DNA of 59,731 nucleotides from IMG/VR virus record IMGVR_UViG_3300025121_000443, positions 1-59,731 of that record. One strand, given 5' to 3'. Below the pieces are notes generated by a model. That model was given only the letters and a program-made list of their open reading frames with translations. It searched no databases and was not told the origin of the DNA. The translations under genes were made by a program, and so were the position numbers. The stretch is from a virus (Duplodnaviria; Caudoviricetes). Positions 30,052-39,234 of the stretch are shown in pieces (position 1 is the first letter of the stretch; every line of letters starts with the position of its first letter).

Positions 30052-30775
30052 TCCATTTGATAATACTCAATATACAAGACTTGCAGCTAATTTTGGAACA
30101 CATGAAGGAAAGTTTGATCCAAGGCAAGTAAAATTTCTTGTGTATGGAGAAAGTGGTGTAGGGAAAACGGTATTTTCATCTACATGGCCGAAGCCAATAT
30201 TTTTGGATATTGACAAAGGTATGGCTTCGGTAAAACGAGAGGTACACAGAATTGAGATTAATTCTTGGGAAGATCTTATGGAATCTATTGATTTCCTGTC
30301 CCATGAAACACATCCGTTTGAAACTGTGGTATTGGATTCTCTAAACGAACTTCAATATCTAACCATGCGAAATGTATTATCATCATTCCCAACCATACGA
30401 CGTTCCTACGATTCTTTACCGTCTGTATCTGACTATGGCAAAATGCTTGATGATTTTGATGCACGAGTTAGAGATCTAAAGGCATTACCGTTGAACATTG
30501 TGTTGATTGCTCAGGTAGCTCCAAGAGCTTATGAAACAGATCCTGTGCAACCACAATTTACTGGAAAGTCTACGGCAAGAAACTTATCTCGTATGATGGA
30601 CGTTATTGGATATCTTGATAAAAGAGAATCCTCTGAAGGTCCTAAGATGAGAATAATGACTTTTGATGCCGTAAACTATGTTACGAAAGATAGGTCAGAT
30701 GCTTTACCACAAATGGTAGAAAATCCAACCTATGATAAATTGTTGTCATTCTGGATGCGAGCGCAATCAGAATAG
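30044..30775 (+). CDS. Sak4-like AAA ATPase/recombinase
   Basis: LVYGESGVGKT, LDIDKG, TVVLDSL, KDRS; between exonuclease and SSB. Confidence 0.8.
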   Translation: MSNPFDNTQYTRLAANFGTHEGKFDPRQVKFLVYGESGVGKTVFSSTWPKPIFLDIDKGMASVKREVHRIEINSWEDLMESIDFLSHETHPFETVVLDSLNELQYLTMRNVLSSFPTIRRSYDSLPSVSDYGKMLDDFDARVRDLKALPLNIVLIAQVAPRAYETDPVQPQFTGKSTARNLSRMMDVIGYLDKRESSEGPKMRIMTFDAVNYVTKDRSDALPQMVENPTYDKLLSFWMRAQSE

Positions 30776-30809
30776 AAATCAAATCAAATCAAAATAAAGG
30801 AGAAATAAA

Positions 30810-31265
30810 ATGACTGAGCTAGATCTTTCAAGAAATTCTGGAAACCCAACTGAGGGACTGCATTTATTCAAGATTACAAAAGTTGAGGAAAAAGCTTCAA
30901 TGAGTTCTGGAAATCCTCAATTAGTTCTTACCTGTGTTTGTCAAGATCAGGGTGAGGATCTCGGTAAGAACGTTGGAATGTTCCTGTCGTTAAGTCCAGC
31001 TGCTCGTTTCAAGATTGACGAGCTTTTGGATGCTGTAAATGCGCCCAAAAAGGGTTCCTGGAAAATTGAACAATTTGTTGGAAAATCGTTCAAGGCTATG
31101 GTAAAGTATGGAGAGTACGAAGGGCGGACTACCGTTAATCTTACCAAACTCATTCCATCAGATTCCAAAGTTACTCCACAAATGCCTTCAACTCCACAGA
31201 ATATCGGAACTGGAATACCAGACGATTCTGTAGACGAACCTGCACCACAGAAACCATTATTCTAA
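30810..31265 (+). CDS. Single-stranded DNA-binding protein (DUF669-like)
   Basis: EG.H.FKITKVE, SGNPQL, FVGK; acidic/Pro tail ending in LF. Confidence 0.7.
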   Translation: MTELDLSRNSGNPTEGLHLFKITKVEEKASMSSGNPQLVLTCVCQDQGEDLGKNVGMFLSLSPAARFKIDELLDAVNAPKKGSWKIEQFVGKSFKAMVKYGEYEGRTTVNLTKLIPSDSKVTPQMPSTPQNIGTGIPDDSVDEPAPQKPLF

Positions 31266-31271
31266 TCAATA

Positions 31272-31293
31272 GGGGTAGGAGAAATCCTACCCC
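31272..31293 (+). terminator. GAAA-tetraloop hairpin after SSB
   Basis: GGGGTAGGA-GAAA-TCCTACCCC; lacks U-tract. Confidence 0.5.
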
Positions 31294-31304
31294 AAAGGAC
31301 CTTC

Positions 31305-31712
31305 ATGAAAATATCTTCATTTGATACAGGTATAACTACTGGAATAGTTTTGGTAGATATAGACGAAAACAAATTTGAGTCTACGGTTTTGGAGACTTTG
31401 GAAGCTAAGGAAAATGATCTATCATATTTATCAGATAGAATAGTGTATGTTAGTGATTTAATTCTGATAGAACAAACTCCATATTTTGTAGATCCTATCC
31501 TAAAAATGATCCAGGGAATGGTTACTCATCATTGCAAAATGTACGAAAGGTCAGTAAAGTTTATTTATCCTGGATTGTGGAAACCATTCGCTAAGGCTAG
31601 AAGGTGGAATAAAACTGTATCGTCTCAGCATATACAAGATGCGTATAATATGTTGAGATATGAAGTATTCTTTAGGTTCTTTACAGAGCTAAAAGATTTG
31701 GAGATAAGATGA
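31305..31712 (+). CDS. RuvC-like Holliday junction resolvase
   Basis: SFDTGITTG, ILIE, P..WK, H..DA motifs. Confidence 0.7.
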   Translation: MKISSFDTGITTGIVLVDIDENKFESTVLETLEAKENDLSYLSDRIVYVSDLILIEQTPYFVDPILKMIQGMVTHHCKMYERSVKFIYPGLWKPFAKARRWNKTVSSQHIQDAYNMLRYEVFFRFFTELKDLEIR

Positions 31713-32560
31713 ATAATGAATCCTCTGTGGCTATTGTAGGATTTGGTCCTTCAGCTATGTATGCTGTCTTAGCATGTAATTCTGTAGGAATAATTCCTAA
31801 GGTGTATGCAAATAGATTATCTATTCCTAGAGGAGCTTTTTGGTTATACAAACTTCCAGATCTAGATCATAGATTTATGAAACATTCAATTGTTATGAAA
31901 CCTCAAGGATCAGAAGAATGTTACATAGAAAAACAATGGGATGAAGTTCCAATCGAGTATAAATCTTCTTTTCCTCCAGACGATCAATTAATGTATGGTT
32001 TTGATCCGGAAATTGTTTTACCCTCAATTCTATTCAATACATCTAAATGTGAAGTAACAAGTTTAGAATCAAATATTACCGATAATGATCTTTACAATAT
32101 GTCAAATCAATTCAATTATGTATTTCATTCTTTTCCAACAGAGCGAGCTAGAAAGAAGTATAGAGATAAAATAGTAGAAAAAAGACTAATCTATATAGAC
32201 GCTGAAAGAGCTGGAAAAGATTCTTTGGTCGGTAAATTCAAACCGGATAATGTAGTTGTTTATGATGGATCATATGGAAGCATATTTGTTAGAAAGTCTT
32301 TTCTATTTGGAAATATTTATCTGGAAATTGGAAAAGATGAATATCCGGGAGTAGAAAATAGAATCTTTCACAAATTTAGCTCTGCTAGAATTGTTAAGTT
32401 CAAAGATCTTATGCCAACAGATTTTTCTGACGGATACCTTCCAATAAAGGAAAACATCATTCCAATTGGAAGAAATGCTACATTCAATCGTAAAGAATTA
32501 TCTCACGATACTTACGAAAGAGTGTTGTCATTATTGAAAAGAGATTCTAATGTCTCTTGA
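31709..32560 (+). CDS. FAD-binding oxidoreductase/mutase-like protein
   Basis: N-terminal AIVGFGPSA dinucleotide-binding motif and C-terminal IGRNATF motif. Confidence 0.6.
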   Translation: MNNESSVAIVGFGPSAMYAVLACNSVGIIPKVYANRLSIPRGAFWLYKLPDLDHRFMKHSIVMKPQGSEECYIEKQWDEVPIEYKSSFPPDDQLMYGFDPEIVLPSILFNTSKCEVTSLESNITDNDLYNMSNQFNYVFHSFPTERARKKYRDKIVEKRLIYIDAERAGKDSLVGKFKPDNVVVYDGSYGSIFVRKSFLFGNIYLEIGKDEYPGVENRIFHKFSSARIVKFKDLMPTDFSDGYLPIKENIIPIGRNATFNRKELSHDTYERVLSLLKRDSNVS

Positions 32561-33482
32561 AAAATTACTAGCTCATCAAAAAATGTATAATGATATTATA
32601 CGAAGAGAAGCTGGAAATGAAGATCCAGAATATTGGACACAAATTTATCTTTTAGGATTGGTTAGCGAAGTTGATGAAGTTTTAAGAGAAATATCTTGGA
32701 AAAGACATCGCAAATCTCATACTAATTATGCAAACAATAAAAATATCGGCTATGAGCTTGCAGATCTATTCAAATATATTTTATCTCTATTTGAAGTTTG
32801 GGGATTTTCTGCTGAAGAAATTGAAGAGTTTGTGTCATTGAAGTCTATGAGTCTAGAGCTTCGGTATGAGCAGGAATTTAAAGAAATACCTAGAGATGTT
32901 CCTATTATAATTACAGATATTGACGGAACATTGGGTGATTGGAGACAAACTTTTGAAGACTGGATCAATAGAAAAGGTATAAAACCTGAATATAAAGATC
33001 CGGTAAAAACGTTACGTATTGATGAGGATTTATCAATGCGTTATCCAGATTATTATGAGTTAAAGGAGGAATTTGAAGCATCAGGTGAATACAGAAATAT
33101 AAAGGCTTATGACGAAGTTGCAAATGTTTTGAAAAATCTAAAGGAAGAGTATAATGTCTTCATAATAGCAATAACCGCTAGACCTGCGGATAAATATAAA
33201 CGAATTTGGTTAGATACATGGCTATGGTTGAAGGAAAATGATATTCCTGTAGATAAATTGCTCATTGGATCAGATCCAAGAATATTATTGGCTCATTCTC
33301 TAAATAAGAATCAAAGAGTTATTATGCTAGAGGATGATCCAGGATTAATCATGAGAGGAGCTAATAGTGGGATTAAAGTCTTTGTTAGAACGCATCCCTA
33401 TAATTCTGGGATTATCCACAGAAACGTCAGGAGAGTCGATAGATTTACGGATATCTCCATTGACGACTACTTTAAAGAATAA
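32550..33482 (+). CDS. All-alpha dNTP pyrophosphatase (MazG/dimeric dUTPase-like) fused to HAD nucleotidase
   Basis: SEVDEVL...WK and ELADLF in N-terminus; DIDGTL, ITAR, LEDD in C-terminus. Confidence 0.8.
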   Translation: MSLEKLLAHQKMYNDIIRREAGNEDPEYWTQIYLLGLVSEVDEVLREISWKRHRKSHTNYANNKNIGYELADLFKYILSLFEVWGFSAEEIEEFVSLKSMSLELRYEQEFKEIPRDVPIIITDIDGTLGDWRQTFEDWINRKGIKPEYKDPVKTLRIDEDLSMRYPDYYELKEEFEASGEYRNIKAYDEVANVLKNLKEEYNVFIIAITARPADKYKRIWLDTWLWLKENDIPVDKLLIGSDPRILLAHSLNKNQRVIMLEDDPGLIMRGANSGIKVFVRTHPYNSGIIHRNVRRVDRFTDISIDDYFKE

Positions 33483-33540
33483 AGACATAGAAGTAGCTTT
33501 ATCAAATATAAAATATATAGAAAACGAAAGGGAAAATGAA

Positions 33541-33870
33541 ATGGAAAATCCACAAGTAAAATCAGAAATTAGCGTAAATGCAAAACCAAAAGACAAACGT
33601 GTTGAAACTTTTGGAAGAGTTTGTAGCTCTTGCGAGAAATTGTTTGAACAAAAGAACGATGAATATGGCGACACTATTGTTGCTACCGGAGTTCTTGGTG
33701 CTTCAGTTGAATTAATTGGCGTAGTTGCAAGGCTTAAGAAATTAGTTTTGCAAGCTCCAGATGGTGGAAAAGCAAACATGACGGCACTTGCTGATGTGTT
33801 CAAAGATATCCACAATTATGCCAATATTGGTCTCATGATGATGAACGAAGATAACTGGAAAGGAAAATAA
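33541..33870 (+). CDS. Nucleotide-modification-associated domain (Nmad1/DUF1599-like) protein
   Basis: LF.QKN.EYGD and D...DIHNYA motifs. Confidence 0.65.
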   Translation: MENPQVKSEISVNAKPKDKRVETFGRVCSSCEKLFEQKNDEYGDTIVATGVLGASVELIGVVARLKKLVLQAPDGGKANMTALADVFKDIHNYANIGLMMMNEDNWKGK

Positions 33871-33871
33871 A

Positions 33872-34669
33872 ATGAAAGTGCTTGCTGGGATTCCTACAAG
33901 GCTTAGAGACACAAGCGGAAAAATAGCTGATGTATTGGCTAAAGTTTGTGATGAAGTATATGTGGTATCTCAGGGAGCAACGGTAAATTCTATTTCCTCA
34001 AACGTAACGGTAGTAGAGAAGGATCTCAATTATGGGTTGGTAGCAGCTCGTAATGAGATCCTTCGTTACGCTAATGAAAAAGAATATGACATCGTTGTTC
34101 AATCTGATGACGATCTAAAATATAATCCAGATGTAATTGAAGCTCTAGTTCAAGAAGTAGTAGAAAATCCTTTGCTAGGTGCTATTGCTTCCAGTTCTAG
34201 AGCTTACTTCAGATGGAATGAAGGAAACATAACGAACCAAAATTGGGTTCTAAATCCTTGTGCTGCTCAATTGTGGGCTGCTAGAAGATCAATTCTAAAT
34301 GAGGTCGGAGAATGGGAGCTGGAATTTTTGGAAGATAGATATCACGGAGCTAAAATGTGGAGCATGGGTTATCCTATCGGATTACTCCATACTACATTAA
34401 CTCAAACACATAATCCATTTATCGCCAGAACCCAAAAGGGTGAAAGTTCAGGTGGTCAAGAACAGGGTGTGGTACGACAACAGCGTCTTCAAAAAGCAAT
34501 AGAGATACTTAATCGTGATTTCGGTAACATTGTTACCGCAACCATTCAACCTATTGGCTCAAGCAGAACATTTTCCACAAGATACAGATGGGATAAACTT
34601 ATTCAATATGTTATTGATAGATGGCAATATGGCGTAGGATATGAAGACAATAGAGGAAGGAGAATGTAA
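33872..34669 (+). CDS. GT-A fold glycosyltransferase (candidate DNA-base glycosyltransferase)
   Basis: IPT..R, GL..ARN.I, QSDDD, LED, terminal SSGG motif. Confidence 0.7.
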   Translation: MKVLAGIPTRLRDTSGKIADVLAKVCDEVYVVSQGATVNSISSNVTVVEKDLNYGLVAARNEILRYANEKEYDIVVQSDDDLKYNPDVIEALVQEVVENPLLGAIASSSRAYFRWNEGNITNQNWVLNPCAAQLWAARRSILNEVGEWELEFLEDRYHGAKMWSMGYPIGLLHTTLTQTHNPFIARTQKGESSGGQEQGVVRQQRLQKAIEILNRDFGNIVTATIQPIGSSRTFSTRYRWDKLIQYVIDRWQYGVGYEDNRGRRM

Positions 34670-35457
34670 TGAAAGTTTGTCAAGGAGAAAACGGTACTGA
34701 AGTAACTCACTCCTTTAATGATCGCGAAAGAGAAAAGATGAATTATTCTACAGGTGTTAGCGTAGAAATGTGTCCTCTTTTTGATTTCAGTAAAGAACCA
34801 TGGATGTTGATTTCCTCAATGGAAAGACAAATGATTCTTGCCTATCAAGTAGTACGATATCTTGATCTTGATCGTATTGAGGGAGAATATTCAGTCTTAG
34901 ATGTAGGCTGTGGATATTGCGAACTTTATACATTACTTCATAGATATCGCAAAGCTAAAGGCGTATCAGTAAAATACATTGGAATTGATGTGGATGTAGA
35001 TAAACAAATCATAGCAAAACAACTTCGTCCAAAAGTAGATTATCGCGTAGAAGATTTTCTTACTTCCGACCCGCTAGCGGAAGCTCCTTTTGATTGCGTT
35101 GTAAGTGGAGATGTTTTAGAACACTTTGACGCAGAAGAATCTAATGTATATCTAAAGAAAATGATTTCTATGCTCAAGGTAGGTGGTATTCTTGTTCTGA
35201 GTTATGCAACTCCATTAAGCACAAAGCATAGAGAAAATCCTTTCCACAAACTTTGTTGGAGTACAGATGATGTAGAAGTAAAATTGACAGAGCTTGGAAT
35301 GAGCATATCTGATAGCTTCTATCTTGGTATATACAAAAAGGAACTTCCATTTTGGTCAGACAGGCTTCCAACAGATTTAGCTAGAAATATTATCAGTGTA
35401 TTTGTTGACGGAGTTGAAGGTAATGAGGGTATAACAATAGCTAGAAGGATAGGATAA
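34669..35457 (+). CDS. Class I SAM-dependent methyltransferase
   Basis: VLDVGCG, YIGID, FDCVV..DVLEH, LK.GG motifs. Confidence 0.85.
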   Translation: MKVCQGENGTEVTHSFNDREREKMNYSTGVSVEMCPLFDFSKEPWMLISSMERQMILAYQVVRYLDLDRIEGEYSVLDVGCGYCELYTLLHRYRKAKGVSVKYIGIDVDVDKQIIAKQLRPKVDYRVEDFLTSDPLAEAPFDCVVSGDVLEHFDAEESNVYLKKMISMLKVGGILVLSYATPLSTKHRENPFHKLCWSTDDVEVKLTELGMSISDSFYLGIYKKELPFWSDRLPTDLARNIISVFVDGVEGNEGITIARRIG

Positions 35458-36209
35458 TGGCAGAAAATAACATCATTCAGACAATGAACTATTTTGGAAA
35501 ATTTGACATAAATTTCTTAACCTCGAAGTCAGCTACAGTTGAATTTGTAGACGGTACATTATATCCTTCAATGACTATTGCGAAAATAGCCAGAGGATAC
35601 AAAGGAATTTATTCAAATGAAATTCCTGAAAATCCTCAAGAATTATTAGATGATGTAAAATCTACTAAACTTCAAACACCAATGGAAATGATAACATTTG
35701 TATTCTTACTCAAAAGGGTTTCAAGAGCATTTACTCATCAATTAGTTAGAACAAGACATGCTTCATATGTACAGGAAAGTATGAGATTCTTGGGTCATAA
35801 AAATACCTATGAAGTTCTTGTTACTAACAAAGTAAAGAACAATCCAGAAGCTTTTAGAGCATACATGGAAACTTGTGGAACAGCTATCTATGAGTATGAG
35901 CATTTATTGGATTCAGGAATGCCCTCAGAAGATGCTCGCGGTGTATTGCCAACAAATATTATGACCTCTATATTTGTTCACTTACCGCTTAGCAGTCTTC
36001 AACGAATATATACTCAAAGACTATGTTGTCAAGCCCAAGAAGAATGGTATCATGTAGTAAAACAATTCAAAGTATCTTTGAGAGCTGAATATGGCGATGA
36101 TGTAGACGAATGGTTATCCGCTCCGGTAGAACGGGGAGAACCCTGCGGATACAATGCAAGTTTTGACAGACCATGTGTCTGGAAAAATGGGAAGGAAGAG
36201 GAGAGCTAA
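35457..36209 (+). CDS. thyX: Flavin-dependent thymidylate synthase-like protein (variant motif)
   Basis: VSRAFTHQLVRTRHASYVQESMRF, EDARGVLP, R.C.QAQ.E. Confidence 0.8.
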   Translation: MAENNIIQTMNYFGKFDINFLTSKSATVEFVDGTLYPSMTIAKIARGYKGIYSNEIPENPQELLDDVKSTKLQTPMEMITFVFLLKRVSRAFTHQLVRTRHASYVQESMRFLGHKNTYEVLVTNKVKNNPEAFRAYMETCGTAIYEYEHLLDSGMPSEDARGVLPTNIMTSIFVHLPLSSLQRIYTQRLCCQAQEEWYHVVKQFKVSLRAEYGDDVDEWLSAPVERGEPCGYNASFDRPCVWKNGKEEES

Positions 36210-36210
36210 C

Positions 36211-36417
36211 ATGTTAATTGGAAGATGTAAATCATGTGGAAGTACTGATCTTCAATTGGATCATTCTCTATTAGTATGCTCTACTTGTGGCAAAGAATTA
36301 AAGTTCTATCAAATAGAATTTATAGTTGTAGATGGTATTGTTCACGGAGAACCCTTTAGACATGATAATCCAGAAACTACTATTCAGCATAGATTACCTT
36401 TGATGGAGAGTGTATGA
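36211..36417 (+). CDS. Zinc-ribbon protein
   Basis: CKSCG...CSTCG; RBS GAGGAG. Confidence 0.55.
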   Translation: MLIGRCKSCGSTDLQLDHSLLVCSTCGKELKFYQIEFIVVDGIVHGEPFRHDNPETTIQHRLPLMESV

Positions 36418-37058
36418 TGTATCCTATGCCCTCTTCATGCCAAATCAAAAACTTAGCTGAAATATATGAATTTATCTTTAAAGAAAAGACGAATGGTTTC
36501 TTTGTAGATGTGGGTGCATACGATGGATTTGAGTGGTCAAATACGTGGGCTTTGTCAGAAGCTGGATGGGAAGGATTATGTATTGAACCTTATCCCATGT
36601 ACGCTGAAAAATGTATGAATAAACATAATCAAGCTGGTCATAAAGTTACTACTCTTCAATGTGCAGTTGGTGAAGCTAATTGTAGATGTAACATGTTCCT
36701 TGATCCTACCGGATGTTCTCATACAATTGATGCAGAAACCACCATAAGATCTCCATGGGGTTTTGAATATGATGGCTCAAAACTAGAAGTAGATTGTTTT
36801 ACTCTTGATTTTATTCTCGACAATATGATGAAAACTTCTAAACATATTGATGTATTGAATATAGACGTAGAGGGTGCTGAGCTAAAGGTAATGGATGGAT
36901 TTTCATTTGTGAAAAGAAAACCAACCCTAGTGATCATAGAAACTCATAAGGGTCAGTATGGAAAAGATTTCCATGCTGAAGAAATTTTTAATCTAATGAG
37001 TTATTTTGGATATGAAGAAATACAATCTGATGGATTAAATTCTATTTTTAAAATCTAA
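36414..37058 (+). CDS. FkbM-family methyltransferase
   Basis: FVDVGAYDG..SN, W.GLCIEP, IDVLNIDVEGAE motifs. Confidence 0.88.
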   Translation: MMYPMPSSCQIKNLAEIYEFIFKEKTNGFFVDVGAYDGFEWSNTWALSEAGWEGLCIEPYPMYAEKCMNKHNQAGHKVTTLQCAVGEANCRCNMFLDPTGCSHTIDAETTIRSPWGFEYDGSKLEVDCFTLDFILDNMMKTSKHIDVLNIDVEGAELKVMDGFSFVKRKPTLVIIETHKGQYGKDFHAEEIFNLMSYFGYEEIQSDGLNSIFKI

Positions 37059-37076
37059 TACTTTTGGAGGACGAAA

Positions 37077-39051
37077 GTGTCTCAATATATAATAACTCTT
37101 GATGAATTAATGAGAGGTAGCGGTAGCACGATATCTCTAGACACTGAAACCACTGGTCTGTCGTGGTCAAATGATAAGCTAATTGGAGTAGGAACATACT
37201 GTAAAAATTTGAATGTCATGGGATATGTTCCCACACTTGACGATGTGGAAAGAAATAGAGTAAAATCTGCTCTAAAAGAACTTTCTAAAGATACAACAAT
37301 CATAATGCACAATGCAAAATTCGATCTCCACTTTATGGGATTAAACCCAACAAAGGGAGGTTGGAAAATTTTAGATACGACTGTTATGGTTCATCTTCTA
37401 GATTCCAGAAATAAAAAGTCTTTGAAAGAATCTGAGAATACTTTTCTTGGAACAGATAGCAAAAGACATCACGTAGCAGCAGCTCCAGCAAGAACCAAAA
37501 TTTGGGATTGGAGCCTGGATTTGGTTAGTGCATATTGTGCGAATGACTGCTTAGTAACCTATCAACTTGCGGAGGTTTTATATCCAAGACTGGAAGCTGA
37601 GGGTCTTCTGAAAGTATTTTGGAAAGAAATGAAATATCTGCGAGTTGTAAACGACATAGAAGAATATGGCGTGGTATTAGACGAAGATTTTGTTTACTCT
37701 GCTTCTGCAAAACTAGGAAGAAGTCTTGAGAAAATGGAAGAGGAACTCTATGATGCGTGTGGTAACACCTTCAACTGGAGAAGTCCTCAACAATTATCCA
37801 AAGCAATTTATGATGGACTTGGGATTCCAAGGCCAAAGAATCCATTTGCAGATGCTGACGGTATAGACCGTAGTAGATTTGCAGATTCCGGTAAATACAA
37901 ATCTACTTGCACGAGCACATTTCTTCTTACCGAGAAGGTTCATCATCCTCTTGGAGAATCCTCTTGGAGAACTTATAAGCTCTATGAGAGAATGTGCCAA
38001 ACTGCGAAAAAGTTTGCTGAAATATCTAGAGCTAAAAGACGAAAACAGAATACTTCATACAACATTCAACATGACTGGTACTCGTACAGGTAGATTGAGT
38101 TCATCTAAACCTAATTTGCAGAATGTAGCTTCTGCTACACGTGGTAGATTTACTCAATCTGTTTATACTGGTAGTGTTGAAAGAACAGACGAGTTCAATA
38201 TGCGCAGGGCAATCAAACCTCGTCCAGGACATGTCTTTGTAGCTGTAGACTATAAGCAAATGGAAATGAGAATGTTTGGTATACTTTCTCAAGATCCGTT
38301 TATGTTGAATGCGTTGCTTGCAGGTAAGGATGTTCACTTAGAAATAGCTTTGAAAGTTTGGGGTGATTGTGGCTATGATATGAATATGGTACATCGTGAG
38401 TGGTCTAAAACAATTACATTCGGATTAATTTATGGAATGACTCTTGGTAGTTTGCAGTATAAATTGAATATGACAAGAATGCAAGCTGCGAAAGTAACTG
38501 ATCAATATTGGGGAGAATTTCCTCGCATCAAACCCTGGATGAATGAAATCATAGAATCCTGTAAAATGATGGGATTCGTAAGATATTGGAGTGGAAGAAT
38601 ATGGAGAGAAGACAATCCTCTGGATATGTATAGAGGTTGTAATGCTCTAATTCAAGGTGGTTGTGCTGACTTTCTCTCTATAGCTGCGATAAAAGTTTAT
38701 GAATGGACGCTAAAACAACCTAGTCATCATATAATAAATTTAGTGCATGATGAAATTATAACGGAAGTTCCAGAAAATGATATCTTGAGATCTGCAAGAG
38801 TAATTTCAGAGCTTATGCAGGTTCCAGAAATATTTAACATTCCATTTGCTACAGATGCTAAAGTAGGAATATCTTATGGAGAAATGGTAAAGATAGACAA
38901 AGAATTATTATTAGATAATTCAATTGAAAGCATATCAATGGAAGAATTGTATGCTAGAGATAAAATATCTCATGATGCTAAAATAGCTGTTACTGAAGAA
39001 AAGGAAAATCCATTTGAAGAAGAACTAGAAGAAGAACTCTCAGAGGAGTAA
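37077..39051 (+). CDS. polA: Family A DNA polymerase with 3'-5' exonuclease, frameshifted by a 13-bp tandem duplication
   Basis: LDTET, HNAKFD, Y..ND exonuclease motifs; TGRLSS..PNLQN, DYKQMEMR, K...FGLIYG, VHDE; removing one ATCCTCTTGGAGA copy gives one 653-aa ORF. Confidence 0.9.
37945..37970 (+). repeat. 13-bp perfect tandem duplication in polA
   Basis: ATCCTCTTGGAGA ATCCTCTTGGAGA. Confidence 0.95.
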
Positions 39052-39054
39052 ATT

Positions 39055-39234
39055 ATGACAGCATTCATTACAGTTTGTCCATTTTGCCTTACTCTGTACA
39101 TGATCGACTTCTATGAGGGAGAATTATGTCCAACTTGTGGGGTAGAAGAGCTTATATCTTATTACGAATATTCTTTGAGATTGAATACATCCTTTATGGA
39201 TGCGTTGGAAGAGGAGCGTGGAAATGACTCCTGA
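39055..39234 (+). CDS. Small zinc-ribbon protein (59 aa, below ORF-track cut-off)
   Basis: MTAFITVCPFC...LCPTCG; RBS GAGGAG; fills polA-primase gap. Confidence 0.55.
   Translation: MTAFITVCPFCLTLYMIDFYEGELCPTCGVEELISYYEYSLRLNTSFMDALEEERGNDS

Noticed and set aside
37879-38093. Intron, intein or programmed frameshift in polA
   Set aside because: No intervening sequence or slippery site; the break is fully explained by a 13-bp tandem duplication.
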